Assembly: GCF_009834535.1 (NCBI RefSeq)
Contig: NC_045696.1
Location: forward strand, 106,394,001 to 106,458,000
DNA length: 64,000 bases
DNA from: Camelus ferus
Lineage: Eukaryota
Direction of reading: 5' to 3'
Shown here: positions 38,870 to 52,010 of the stretch, piece by piece
Layout of the letters: each line of letters starts with the position of its first letter
Position numbering within the stretch: position 1 is the first letter of the stretch
The notes under the pieces: model-generated
What the model was told of the DNA's origin: nothing
The model's input: the letters and a program-made list of their open reading frames with translations, nothing else
The model's database searches: none
Program-made: the position numbers and the translations under genes

Positions 38870-39305
38870 TGTAGATGTGCAGCAAGTGTGTGTATGAGTG
38901 CCTAGAGAGTGAATGTGTTTAAGGAGAGGGTGCATGTCTCATGGGTGCATGTCTCATGTGTGCATGTGTGAATGTATAAAGGGGATGTGTGTGTTTCTGG
39001 ATGGTGTGTATATGTGTGTACTGTGCGTATGTGATTGTCTGGAGGGTACATCTGTGAATGGTATGTGCATGTATGTACATAGAGTGTGTGGTGTATAATG
39101 TGCTTGTGTGTGAAATGTGCACGTAAAGATATATTGATGATGTGTGTATGTGAATGAATGAAGGGTGTGTATGTGTATAAGAGTGTTTATATTTATGGAG
39201 GGCGTGTGTGTGTATGGAGGCTTTATGTGTGCATAGGTAGAGAGTGTGATGTGTAAAGGTGTGTGTGAGAGGTTTGTGAGCATATGTGTGAAATCAGTGT
39301 GTGAC
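38870..39305. repeat. Degenerate (TG)/(TA)-rich low-complexity tract
   Basis: About 430 bp of imperfect gtgt/atgt repeats. Confidence 0.85.
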
Positions 39306-39639
39306 AAGGGACTGGCAGAGTCAGGCCCATTCTGGAAAAGTGACTCCATTAGTTAACCAGTGACAAGTTCATTACCCAGAGTGACATTTGAGCATCTGCA
39401 TCTCTTTCTGTGGGAAATGTGGTTGAGGGACAGTAACCCTTTAATAAATTGTCTGGTGGCCAGGCCCTTTGCCAGGCTCTGAGGATGAAGGCAAAAATCA
39501 TGCTAGTTCAGGTTTTTCAGAAATTCATAGTTTGGGGGTGGGTGGGACAAAAGGAATCATTATGATATGATGTTGATGGATTGAGTGGTAATTGATATAA
39601 TTAATATAATGTTAATTATGATAAAAAGATCAAACCTTT

Positions 39640-40155
39640 TCAGTAGTAAATGACACAACAGCAGTCTAACCTGGTTTAGGCCAAAAAGGAATTTATTAGT
39701 CAATTTAACTGAAAAATCCGAGGTTATGGTGGGACTCAGATGGTGGCGCCAGAATCTGTTTTCTCTCTCTGCAGCTCTTGGCAATTCTTTGTCAGTGTGG
39801 ATTTCATTCTCAGAAAGATTCTGTCCCTGTGGTAGCAAGTTGGGTCACGGCATCGCCAGCACCTCATTTTCCCAGACTCAAGGCTGGAGGGTCCCAGCAG
39901 CCCACGCAGGAATTCACTTTGTTCCTTGGCTTGGCTGAGATCAGGTGCCCTCTCTAGCTCTGAACCACCTGCAGGTCCCGGGACTGCAGGGCTATGATTG
40001 GCTTTGGTCTGGGTCACATGTTTTGCCACGGAGCGGGGGGGGGGGGGTAGACTGAAGCTCATGGATTGAGGATGAGGAAGGAGAGGGTAATTTCCCAGAA
40101 GAAAGCTGGGGTTCTGTTATCAGAGGATGAGGGAGTGGCTACTGTCCTGCCAAAA
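39640..40155. mobile_element. Old MaLR LTR (MLT1K-like)
   Basis: aaaaaggaatttattag…ctgaaaaatcc…gattggc…ctgggtcacatg motifs. Confidence 0.55.
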
Positions 40156-40295
40156 ATGAACGCTTTCTCCACGTGTCTGTCACAGGTGGAGAAAGTGTTA
40201 AGTAAGATAAAGATACAGCTGAGGAGCTGAGGAGCACGGAGGTGGGGTTGAAGAGAGAGTCTTCCTGAGACAGTGTTTAAACTGAGTCTTGAATA

Positions 40296-40412
40296 GGGGG
40301 AGGGTATATCTCAAGTGGCAGAGCGCATGCTTAGCATGCACTGGGTCCTGGGTTCAATCCCCAGCATCTCCATTAAAAAAACAACAAATCAACTCCCGCC
40401 CCCCACAAAAAA
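40296..40412 (+). mobile_element. tRNA-derived SINE (Vic-1-like) with TSD
   Basis: ggggagggtatatctcaagtggcagagcgcatgcttagcatgcac…gggttcaatcccc, flanked by ctgagtcttgaat. Confidence 0.9.
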
Positions 40413-40427
40413 CCTGAGTCTTGAATT

Positions 40428-40656
40428 AAAATCGGTAAACAAGTTTCTACTGTACAGCACAGGGAACTATATTCAATATCCTGTAGTAACCTTTAATTTA
40501 ATTAAAAAGAATATGAAAAGGAATATATGTATATATATTTATGACTGAAACATTATGCTGTACACCAAAAATTGACACGGCATTGTAAACCAACTATACT
40601 TCAATAGAAAAAAAAGATTAATAAAAATAAAATTTCACCATAAAATTAGAAAAAAA
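40428..40656 (+). mobile_element. Short L1 tail adjacent to SINE
   Basis: ctgtacagcacagggaactatattcaatatc…caactatacttcaat followed by an A-rich tail. Confidence 0.85.
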
Positions 40657-41054
40657 CCCCTGAGTCTTCATGTTGAGTGCAGTTTTGTAAAGAAGTGCTG
40701 TGGGCAGAGGCAGCCAAGGTGCCATCGTGAGACGGGTGGCCGGTGTGATGGCTTTGGAATGACCCACGGTGGGGCTCGGGGGTCTGTGGTAAGAGACATG
40801 GAGGAGAGGGTAGTGGAGCCTTGAAGGCCCTGGTAAAGAGTGGACTTTAGTCTGAAGGCGGTGGTGGCTGTCCAGTAGTCCAGCTTCAGGTGCCTGGTTG
40901 GTGAGTGTGCTGCTTGGGGTGGGATGAGGGGAAGAGCTTATAATTTGAAATAAGATGCCTTATAAAATATCTCCTTCCCCTCAGCCAACCAATATTCCTT
41001 CGGGCGACTAGAAATTCATGTGTCATTTTAGAACTCTGGAGGGGGCAAAGTCTG

Positions 41055-41652
41055 TCAACCCAAGCTGTGTCCATTTGGATTAGGTTTGCTGTGGGTGATA
41101 GGAAACCTCAAATCATAACTGTTTGAACCAGATAGAAGTTTTTTTCTCTCTCTCATGAACAAAGTTGAGGTAGACTGTCCGGGGTTGCTATATAATGCCA
41201 CAACCATCGCGGACTCAGTTCTGGATGTGTTTCTCACCAACCCTGTCGTAAGACTTCTGCCTCCCGGTCCAGGAGGGCTGCTTGAGTTCCACCTCTCAGG
41301 TCCCCATTCTGTTCAGCAGGAGGAGAGAGGATGAGGCATGTCATGGCACTTTTTTTTCCCCTTTCTTCTACTTTATTTGGATTCAATTTGCTTTTCTTTT
41401 TCCATTAATAGGCTTTATTTTTTAGGGCACATGGTGCTTTCTTTAATGACACCTTCCAGAAGTGGCTGCAGGTACCACTTCTGTTTACATGTCATTGGCC
41501 AGAATCTAGTCACGTGACCACGCCTGGTTGTACGGGAGGCTAGGACATACAGTATTTATTCTCACTAGCCTCAAGACCAGCTACAAATCAAGATATCTCT
41601 TGCTAAGGTAAAAGGGAAAATGGGCATTGGGGGACGACTAGCAATTTCTGTC
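41055..41652. mobile_element. MaLR LTR (MLT1J-like)
   Basis: gatagaagttttttctctctctcatg…cattggccagaatctagtcacgtgaccacgcct. Confidence 0.7.
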
Positions 41653-42453
41653 ACATTTGCTCTTGTGTAAAGATAGCAAATACTCCGCGCTCTTAACTCT
41701 GATTGACTAGTAATGGCAGCCTGCAAAGCTGTGGTGGAACAATTTTGACGTTTTACAACAAAAAGATGATAAGGATAGATTGTTAGTGTCTGAAATGCTT
41801 GAGGAGAGCAAAGTGGAGTTTCAAATGCTCTGTTTACTTTTCTTTGCTCTGGTGGTTCTCAGCTCTGGGTGGGACTTGGACATTGGTGTTTTTGAGAAAA
41901 AACTTTGTATTGTGGAAAATTTCAAACATACACAAAAGTAGAGAGAATAACGTAATGAACCTTCCTATGCACACTGCCCAGCCCAGTAGTGATCAACCCA
42001 TGACCAAAGGTATCGGATTTGTTCCTCTACCCACTTCCCCCTGTCCTGGGTTATTCTGAAGTGTATTAGTCATATGATTTTATCTGTAAATATTTCATTA
42101 TGTGCCTCTAAAAGGTAAGGACTCCCACTTTTAAACATAAACATAATACCATCATCATGCCCTGAGAAAACAACAAAAACTCCTTAGCATCATCAAATAC
42201 CTAGTCATTGTTCATAGCTCCCATGGCACTGGGGAGTGTTTTAAAGCTTAGCAAAAAAAAAAAAAAAATATATATATATATAGGTATAAAGAATACATAT
42301 TTTGGGTTCACGTCACTGCTTACTCAGTAAATCAAATTCTTCATTTCTAAAGCAGCCCAGGGGTCCCAAGGAAAGGGAGTTTTGATATAGGGGGACTCCC
42401 AGGCTGACTCAGGTGAGCTAATTCTGCACTCTCCACTCCCTCCCTCTGTGTAG

Positions 42454-42538
42454 TGCCACTTGTGTCACAAGATGTTCATGAACGCCACCTATCTCCAGAG
42501 CCACATCCAGCGCAGGCACTCAGGCATGGTGGAAGGCG
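42454..42538 (+). CDS. DZIP1L: DZIP1L exon (85 nt), C2H2 zinc finger CHLCHKMFMNATYLQSHIQRRH
   Basis: tgtag| acceptor, GCG|GTGAGT donor, C-x2-C-x12-H-x4-H spacing. Confidence 0.95.
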
Positions 42539-43377
42539 GTGAGTCCAGGTGGTGCTCCTGGGGCGGGACCGTGGAAGGGCCCGGGCTGGTGTTCAGTGGG
42601 TGGGAGGCCACGTACGCCACCACAGCTGCCCTCAGAACTTCATCATCTGATTGAGGATAGGGTGATCCCAGCATCCGCCATGGGGGTATTCCACATGGGG
42701 TGGGAGGGTTTCCGACCATGTGTTTAGAGAAAAAGGGCTGGGAGTCAGACAGGTAGGTTCTGGTCTTGGCTTTGTCTCTTTCTGTTATGTGACTGTGGTC
42801 AGTGCTTCCCCTCTGAGTCCAGGGTCCTTCACTGGGAATGGGGCAGTCAGATGGAGTGACTTTGAAGGGCCCTTACCTCCCAGCCTTCTGCAAATCTGCT
42901 GTTCTCTAATGCCCATCATGAATAAGCTTAAATGGGATTAAGGAGCAGTCGGACAGGTTCTTTGGCTTTTTTGTGTACATGAAGTATCATGACTTAATCA
43001 CTGTAATTTTACTGTTTCAAATTCTAAAACGAGTAGCAATGCTGTATGTTTTCCCCATTAAGATATTTGCTTACTTTATATCTATTTTTTGAGGTTTGAT
43101 AAAAAAATTGTTAAAACATTAAGTATAGATATGAAAATCTAATATAATAAAATGTATATACATTAAATATAAAAATCCCATGAAATAAAACTTTTTTCTT
43201 GTTTTCCTTAATTTTAATTTCCTTTTTGAAGAACAGACAAGAGTTTTAAAACTGCACCATTTACCTGATTACTATGCATTTATTGTGTATCTAATTCTTC
43301 TTGGTTCTGCATTGGAGGCTGCTAAAGAAAAACAGATTTTCTACTTATTAAAAATTTTTTTCTGATACAGATACATG

Positions 43378-43870
43378 TCTTTGAAGAGAATTTGTACACT
43401 CATGTTGATAGCAGCATTCACAGTAGCTAAGATGTGGAAGCAACCCAGATGTCCATTGATAGATGAATGGACTAACAAAGTGTGATATATACATAAACAG
43501 AAATACTATTCAGCCTTAAAAAGAAAAGTAGTTCTGCAATATGCTAAAGGTGATGTTATGTTAAATGAACTAAGTCAGTCAGAAAAGGACATATACTGTA
43601 TGATTTCACTGATACAGGCACCTAGAATAGTCAGATTCATAGGGAGAGAAAGTAGAATGGTGGTCACCAGGGGCTGGGGGAAGGGGGAACGGGGAGTGAT
43701 TGTTTAGTGAGTGTAAAGTTTCTGTTTGACAAGGTGAAAAGAGTTCTGAAGATGTGTGGTGGTGGTGATGTTGTGCCCCATTATGAGTGTATTTAATACC
43801 ACTGAACCATACATTTAAAAATGGCTAAGATGGTAAACTTTATGTGTATTTTATCACAATAAAAAAATTG
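43378..43870 (+). mobile_element. L1 (L1MB-like) 3' end
   Basis: ggaagcaacccagatgtccattgatagatgaatgg … ttttatcacaataaaaaaa. Confidence 0.85.
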
Positions 43871-45163
43871 GAAGAAATATGCCTTTGGTATTGAAAATTA
43901 AAATGTAGAAAGGTAGAAAAGAGAAAATAAAAACCATGGACATATCACTGTAGTTAATATTGTGTGTGTTCTCTGTCATTGTTTTATAATCATATAGGAT
44001 GCAGTTTTGACTACTGCTTATTTTCAACTAAGAATGTATCATATTTTCCAGTGTCATTAAGTCACATTTGAAAATATGATTTTTAGTGGCTGAATAGTAT
44101 TTTACGTGGCAATCATAATTCATTTCACAACTGAATTATTTCTTCACTTAAATGGGTTACTAAAAAATTTCCCTATTATAAATCACATGTTGATAACATT
44201 CTTATACATAAATCTTTGTGCATCTTCCTTATTATTTCCTTAATGTAAAGTGCTGTAAGGAGAGGGAAAATATGTTCTTAAGGCAACTTTGGCTGCATTG
44301 ATTTTCATTAATTTATTGCTGGGCAGCTGGCTTCCAAGGTGCCACAGCTCACCTACTCTATGCTCACCTTAAATCACTTTCTGAACCCAACTTAATTTTA
44401 CTGCATCTAAAATTTGCTCATTTCTAAAACAAACAAACAAACAAACAAAAAATTTGCTCGTTTCTAAAAAGTCCCATCTGAGAAAAGCCATATATCTCTT
44501 TTCAAAGAATAGGTTAAAGTTTTAATAACAGTACCATCTATCTAATAATTCCTAAATGTACTTTAAAGTAGCAAATGTTCACGTACAATTGGCGTCTTTT
44601 TTATCAGCCCGTAACTCTTAGTTTACCAGTATGTGGTTTAGTGAGAATATTCTTCTATAATTCAGGGTTTCTTCAGAATGCATGCTGCCTTTTTCTTCAT
44701 TTTTTCATGTAAGTTTATTTCGTTGAACTTAAAACTATAATTAATTTTATGGCTTTAAATTCCCTTCTGACTGCTGTCAGGATGCATCATATGTTCTTTG
44801 TATTAATAATCTGTGTGTACACACTATTTGGCATTCTGCTTCTGTTACTCCACTGGTTTGCATTCACATTTCCATGTGTTAGTACTGTCAAATAGTTATT
44901 TTTAAATGACAATAATAGTTCCCATTGACCGAGCTGTCCTCACAATGACCCTCTGTCTGAGTTATGTGCTGTTATTATCTCCATTTTCCAGTTTGGAGAA
45001 ACAGGGTCAGGGAGGTTATGTCGTTTGCCCCAGATCGATGGTTAGCGAAAGTGGCAGAGCTGGTCTCAGACTGAGGTGTGACTGATTGTAAGCAAGGAGC
45101 TCTGCACTCCACTGACTTTCTGACTTTTAGGCTGGCCAACCACTCTTTGCACAGTCCCCACAG

Positions 45164-45285
45164 AAAAACAGAAGAAGCAGGAGCAACCAGTGGAGGAGGT
45201 GTTAGAAGAGCTGCGGGCCAAGCTAAAGTGGACCGAAGGGAAGCTGGAAGCGCAGAGGGAGGCTAAGAGGCAGCAGCAGTTCCAG
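45164..45285 (+). CDS. DZIP1L: DZIP1L exon (122 nt, coiled coil)
   Basis: cacag| … KQKKQEQPVEEVLEELRAKLKWT … CAG|GTAGG. Phases 1 to 0 fit the neighbours. Confidence 0.9.
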
Positions 45286-45964
45286 GTAGGTGTGGAGAGG
45301 GAGTGGCGGGGGACTGGGTCCTGGACCAGCCGGGAGACCCACGAAGTCCGTGCACCCCACAGGGCCAGAATTCCGGCTGTCTCCCAGAGCCAGGGGTCAG
45401 AACAAGGATGGCATCTTCCTGGATGTGCCAAATGATTTGAGGTAGTCTGCAAAGGAAGATTTGATTCCGTTGACAGACCTGTATGGCCAAAAGCAGAGCA
45501 GAGAGTTGCAGTTTCCTGCATTATTTAGCATTTGAACCTGAATTTTAACTTCTTCCAATGTACTGTTAGTTACCTTTTGAAGGACAAAGACTGGATAAAC
45601 TCCAGAATCCAGCCCAGAGGAGGTTCTCAGTAAATATTTGTAGAATGAAAATAGATAAACTTGCTCACTCAGTCCATCATTTATTCATTCATCACTCCTT
45701 CCCTCAGCAAGCATTTATTAAGCACCAATGATGCCAGGCATTCTGAGGAATATAAAGAGAGAAAAGATGGGATCCCCACCCCTGAGGGCCTTTACAGGTC
45801 AGATAAAGCTTCCCCACTCCCAGTCCAAACAGCGGGGACTGGGGGATGAATGTTCTTTGGGTCTCCACAGTGACTTGCAGGGACAAGTCGCCCGAGCTGT
45901 TTCTCAGTAAATATTTGTTGTAATGTGCAATGGATGATTCTCTTGTTCTTGCTTTTCTTTGTAG

Positions 45965-46114
45965 GAAGCAGAGATGACTCATCAGAGGGAGAAACAGTTG
46001 GATAAATGGAAAGAAAAAGAGCAGGCCAAGCTATATGGTGAAATAGACGAGCTCAAAAAGTTTTTTTGGGATAAATTAAAAAATGTTGCTGACCAGAGCT
46101 CTACGCTAGAAGAG
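45965..46114 (+). CDS. DZIP1L: DZIP1L exon (150 nt)
   Basis: ttgtag| EAEMTHQREKQLDKWKEKEQAKLYGEIDELKKFFWDKLKNVADQSSTLEE |GTAGCC. Confidence 0.9.
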
Positions 46115-46435
46115 GTAGCCAAACGAAAGGGCTTCTCAAATGTCTTTAGCTAAAAATCTCCTTATTTGTTCTCAAAATTCATTTATTTGTACTAGTTCTA
46201 TGTCATCTGCCATTGGGTGTTGATACACTGTGAGGCCAGATACCAGAGGCCAGTGCCTGGGATTGAATCCTGGCTCTAGCACCTACTGGCTGTGTGATCT
46301 TAGATGAGTTACTTAACCTTTCTGTGCCTCGGTTTCTTTTCTGTAAGGTAGGTTTCTGAAAGGGTTAAATTAGTACATAGACAGCACTTAACATGATCTA
46401 GTATATAGTAAGGACTTCCTAGATATTATCCTTAT

Positions 46436-46617
46436 TTTTCTAAATTGAAGTTTAGTTGATTTACAGTGTTGTGTTAGTTTCTGGTGTACAGCAAAGTGAT
46501 TCAGTTTGTGTATATATATATTCTTTTTCTTTTTAATATTCTTTCCCATTATGGTTTATTACAGGATATTGAATATACTTCCCTGTATAATACAGTAGGG
46601 TCCTGTTGTTTGTCTGT
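46436..46617 (-). mobile_element. Short antisense L1 tail with TSD, next to a MIR (46230-46420)
   Basis: Flanked by tatt(a/g)tccttattttt duplications. Confidence 0.8.
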
Positions 46618-47401
46618 TATTGTCCTTATTTTTTCAAGGAGCTTTCATCACCAGATAAGAAGTGACGCAAACTTTAAATGAATGCTTATTTCTTCTAACA
46701 AGTACCTGCTGAACACTGGCTCCAGGCCAGGCCCTCTGTTGGGGTCAGTGGAGATCATGTGTGATAGCTAAAATTTACTGAAACTTTTTCGGGCCCTGTG
46801 CACAGCACTCTGTATACACTAACTTTTAATGCTCATAACAACCAAACAACTCTAATAACATCCTCAAAGAAGGCACATCATTAATTTATTAATTTTTTTG
46901 TTAAAGTTCTTATTTTTTTTAAAATAGCTATTATCATTCCTTCTTTACCAGCGAAGACATTGAGGCCACATAACTTGCCTCAGGTCACACAGGTAGAGCT
47001 GGGATTTAAACCCAGCTCTTTAAACTTCAAAGCCCCTGCTTTGATATATTATCAAAGTTTATCCAAAAAAACCTTATTAAAGTTATCCCTGGACTGTATC
47101 TTCCCATATAGACCTGTATAACTAAAACCATATCAGGGAAATGCTTGAGGAGAAATACTTTCACAATATATTTCGCTCTTATTGGTCCCCCAAACATCAA
47201 AGAGAATCTTGTGTGGTATTGAAAATGAACTGTCTAAGGGTGTTTCTCATGATCATGCCATGTTTTGTTTGCCTAAAGAAACACCTAGATGACTTTTTCA
47301 GGAGGGGATTTTTATAGGATGTGCTTGGAGCCTTGAGTGATCCATTATCTCTATCTGAGATGCAACGCCAAGGATGAAAGGTGGTGGGGTTGCAATGGGA
47401 G

Positions 47402-47451
47402 GTGTGTGTGTGTGTGTGTGAGTGTGTGTCTGTGTCTGTGTGTGTGTCTGT
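47402..47451. repeat. (GT)n microsatellite, imperfect
   Basis: Direct inspection. Confidence 0.9.
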
Positions 47452-47843
47452 AGTAACCTGAGCCCTCTCATCCCAAATGTTCCCCCAGGGTGGTCAGGGA
47501 TGATTTGTGGAAGACAGGATGCTTCTCCACCATATGGACATCATGCTCCCAATCCCCAGCTCCACACCCATCATCCCTGAGCTCATCCGACCCTCTCTGT
47601 CTCCCACACTTCCCCTGACATGGTCCTAGCTGCCTAGACACTTTAGATAGATCTAGACCTCAGATCTCCATATTAAATGCTGAAGGTAGTTAAAATGTAG
47701 GTTTTTCTTTTTCCATTTATGTACTTTTCTGCAGATGTTCTCTTGGCCACTGTGCATATGGCGATGTCATTCATGTTATCAAAAAATTCTGAGTATCATG
47801 ATTAGATTTTCCTCTAAATGAAACTGTACACTGGCCTTTTCAG

Positions 47844-47972
47844 AAACTGCAGGCGCTTCAGTCCCACAACGTGGGGAAGTCCAACCTTGGGTCCTTGCAG
47901 AGTGATGAGTCTGAGCAGCGACTGGGGCAGGCTCAGGAGCTCCAGGCCCTGAAGGAGAGGATGGAAATTCAG
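47844..47972 (+). CDS. DZIP1L: DZIP1L exon (129 nt)
   Basis: ttttcag| KLQALQSHNVGKSNLGSLQ…ELQALKERMEIQ |GTGAGC. Confidence 0.92.
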
Positions 47973-48319
47973 GTGAGCTGCTGCCCCAGGTCTTTCTTCC
48001 CAGATCCCACCAAGAACTATGTTGTCTTCCAACAGTTTCTATTTTGGCTCTATGGTTTTGGGGAAGTTGAAAGATATCAAAGTTCTATATTTTCAGACCT
48101 TCTGCCAATTCATGAAAGCATAGAATAGGTTCTTAGGGTTCCCAGGTGAGGCTGGTGGTGTACCCATGTGCAGTATCAATTTGCCTGGGATCTTTTTCAG
48201 AACACATTCAGCTGTGTATCTAATGGGACACCCTTGCCCTCATGTTGATTCCAACACAGCTGGGAACAGTTCTCAGACAGTGTGACCCTCTCCTGGCTTT
48301 GAAGATATTTGGCACAGAT

Positions 48320-48525
48320 CTAGTGGTGTGATGGTAAATATTTAACAACTGGCTGTCCAGAACTAAAAAAGCTTTGATTTGTAGCATTTGCCATTTTTCA
48401 TGGTGTAAATATTCCCACCATGGCTGATTTCATGCTGCCCGCGTGAGGTCACTGGATATGGAATTGGGAAGACTTGTATACCGTCTGCTGTCATGAGCTT
48501 AGGTAGGGGGTGGCCTGGCCACTGC
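48320..48525. mobile_element. hAT-type MITE relic (MER63-like)
   Basis: agtggtgtgatggtaaatatttaacaactggct resembles the MER63 terminus. Confidence 0.5.
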
Positions 48526-49049
48526 TGGATGAATCTTACATCAGTCCAGTTATATCCGGTCTGCATCACTGATAATTCTGTGGCAAGGAAGGGCAATTGG
48601 CCCAGTAGTTAAATCACGTTGTACTTCTGATTCTCCTCTCCAGGACTGTTAAGAAAGAGCTTAATGTTTAACTGTTCGTCAGCAGTCAAGTGTTTCCCCT
48701 GCTTGATGTTTCACAAGTTTTACATTAAAAAAATCCATTCTTTTTCTATGAACTCTGTTCACATCCTTTGCTATTTGTCTGCTGATTTCCTTACCAGTTT
48801 GTGAGTCTGTATAATGTATGGAAACTAACCCAACCCTTTGTCGCTCTTGTTGCCATTTCCCCCAGTTTTCTATTGGTCCTTCAGCTTTATCATGGTTTTG
48901 ACCATACAAAATTCATAATGTGGTCAAAATGATGAGATTATCAATCTTTTGTTTATGGCCACTCTGAGATTTAAACGAAAAATATTTCTGTGTTTTAATT
49001 AGTTCATGCGTTCATTCATTCTTTCATTCATACACGCTACTTTTACGTA

Positions 49050-51138
49050 TGATTCACACATAAAAAGCTGTGTGTATTTAGTGTGTATAACTTATTGAGT
49101 TTAGGGGTAAATATAGCTATGTCTTGGCTATGGTGAATGCTGCTATGATGAACATGGGAGTGCGGGTATCTCTTTGAGATCCCGATTTCAATTCCTTTGG
49201 GTTAATACCAAGAAGTGGATTGCTGCATTATATGGTAGTTCTGTTGAGGATTTTTGCAACTATGTTAATTAGGGATATTGGCCTTTTTTTTCTTGTAGTG
49301 TCCTTGTTTGGCAATTGACAAGAGTAATGCTGGCCTCATAAAATGTGTTTGAAAGTGTTCCTTCTTAAATTTTTGAAAAGAATTTGAGAAGAATTTGCAT
49401 TAGTGCTTAAAATGTTTGGTGGAATTCACCAGTGAAGCTATTCAGTTCTGGGATTTTCTTTGTTGGGAGATTTTTGATTACTGATCCAATCTCCTTACTC
49501 ATTATTGGTCTGTTCATATTTTTGTTTTTATGATTCAGTCTTGGTAGATTGTATGTTTTTAGGAACTTGTCCATTTCTTCTAGATTATCCAATTTATTGC
49601 TGTGTAATTGTTTATAGAAGACTCTTGTAATCCTTTGCATTTCTGTGGTATCAGTTGTAATGCCTCCTCTTTCATTTCTGATTTTACTTGAGACTTCTCT
49701 TTTATCTTTATCTAAGAATTTGTCAATTTAGTTTATCTTTTCAAAAAACCAATTCTTAATGCTTGTTGATCATTTTTTTTATTGTTTTTGTATTCTCTAT
49801 TTCAATATATCTGATCTAATCTTTATTTCCTGCCTTCTGCTAACCTTAATTTGTTCTTCTTTTTCTAGGTCCTTGAGTTATAAGTTAGGTTATTTACTGA
49901 TTTAGGTCTTAATTTTTTCTTAATGTAAAAGTTTATCACTATAAACTTGAGGTCTTAATTTTTCCTTAATGTAAAAGTTTTATCACTGTAAACTTCCCTC
50001 TTAGAACTGCTTTTACTTCATCCCGGAAATTTTAGTATGTCATGTTTCCATTTTTGTTTGTCACAAGTTATTCTTTCACTTCTATTTTGATTTCTTCTTT
50101 GTTCAGGAGTGTGTTATTTAATATCTAACACATTTGCGAATTTTCCTGTTTCTCTCCTATTATCGATTTCTAGTTTTGTAGCATTGCGGCTGGAAAAGAT
50201 TAACTTGATAAGATTTCAGGCTTAAATTGGCAAGACTTGTTTTGTGGGCTAACACGTGATCTATCCTGGAGAATGTTCCTTGGGCATTTGAAGAGGATGT
50301 GTACTCTGCTACTTGGATGAAATGTTCTTTGTGTGTCCAGTCTATTTGGTCTATAGTGCTGTTCAAGTCCACTGTTTATTTACTGATTTTGTGTCTGGAT
50401 GATATATCCATTGTTGAAAGTGGGGTATTGAAATCCCCTACTATTATATTGCTGTCTATTTCTCCCTTCAGTTCTGTTAATATTTGCTTTATATGTTTTA
50501 GTGCTCCTATGTTGGGTGTATATATAGTCGTTCCTCAGTATCCATAGGAGATTGGGTCCAGGACCCCCTGTGAATACCAAAATCCTCAGATGCTCAAGTC
50601 CCTTATATTTTTGTGTATAACTTAAGCACATCCTCCTGTACACTTTACATCATCTATATATTACTTATAATACCCCATACAATTTAAATTCTATATAAAT
50701 ATTTGTAAATTCTGTATAAATAGTTGCTAGCATGAGGCAAATTCAAGTTTTGCTTTTCAGAACTTTCTGGAATTTTTCTTTCAAATATGTTTGATCCACG
50801 GTTGGTTGAATCCATGGATGTGGAATACACAGATGTGGAACCGACGGATACGGAGGGCTGACTGTATATTTACAGTTGTATATCCTCTTGATGAATTCAC
50901 CCCTTTATCATTATATAGTGACCTTCTTTGTCTCTTGTGATAGCTTTTGACTTAAAATCTATTTTGTATGATATCAGTATAGCTACTCTCCTCTCTTTTG
51001 TTTACCATTTACATGAAATATCTTCTCTCATCACTTCAGTTTCAGCCGATGTGTGCCCTTAAACCTAACATGAATCTCTTGTAAGCAGCATATAGATGGA
51101 TCTTGGTTTTTTTTTTCTTTTCTTTTACAGTATCTCTT

Positions 51139-51177
<39 letters not shown>

Positions 51178-52010
51178 TTATTTTTTTTTAACTTTTTTTT
51201 ATTGAGTTATAGTCATTTTACTTACTTGGATCTTGTATTTAAAATCCATTCAGCCACTCTTCACCTTTTGATTGGAGAATTTAATCCATTTAAATTGACA
51301 GTAATTACTGATAGGTAAGGACTTGCTGTTTCCATTTTATTAAATTTTTTCAGACTGCTCTGTAGTTACTTTGTCCCTTGTTTTCTCTCTTGCTGTCTTC
51401 CTTTGTGAGTTGCCTTGATTCCTTTCTCTTTATTTTTTGTGTATCAGCTACAGGCTTTTTCTTTGTGATCAGTATTAGACTTACATAACACATGTTATAG
51501 TTACAGCAGTCTATTTTAAGCTGAAAACAACTTAATTCTGATTGCAGACAGTCTACCCTTTTGCTTCTTCTCTTCCACACCTCCTGGTGCCCACAAGCCA
51601 ACCAGTAGGATCTACAGCCAGTGTTGAGATCCAAGTACCAGCACCAAAAGCCGAGTCGGCCATGCTGATTCCCTCGGTTCTGGGTGGGGTGAGACAGAAG
51701 TGGGCCTCCTGGGCAGTGTCCCTGAAGGCTGGGACAGTTGGGTGCTCACTTGCTCTCACTTCCGTGGGAGAGACTGTGGGCTGAGGGAGGTCTCTTGGCA
51801 CTGAGCTGTGCTGCCTTGGGTGAGGGGTGACACAGGTAGAGTGAAACTCTTCTTCCCCTTTTCAACGTGTCTGTTCTTGGGTTTTTTGCTCCACCGAGGT
51901 ACTGGGACCTCTCAGCTGGATTCCTGGGCTCCCATAAAGGTATTCTCATTTGTGGATGTTTTAAGAGCTGGCACCTCCTTGTCCATCATCTTGCTGATGT
52001 CACTTCTATT
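49050..52010 (-). mobile_element. Antisense L1 (ORF2 EN/RT region plus 5' remnants), interrupted
   Basis: Minus ORFs 49407-49640 (NKLDNLEEMDKFL..YNLPRLN) and 50160-50372 (GTFSRIDHVLAHK) are L1 ORF2. Confidence 0.9.
50525..50864. mobile_element. Tigger-family MITE (MER2-like) inserted in L1
   Basis: Terminal inverted repeats agtcgttcctcagtatcc … ggatacggagggctgactg with TA flanks. Confidence 0.85.

Noticed and set aside
40296..40370. tRNA-like sequence with A and B boxes
   Set aside because: Head of a SINE with A-rich tail and TSD, repeated several times in the window; not a tRNA gene.
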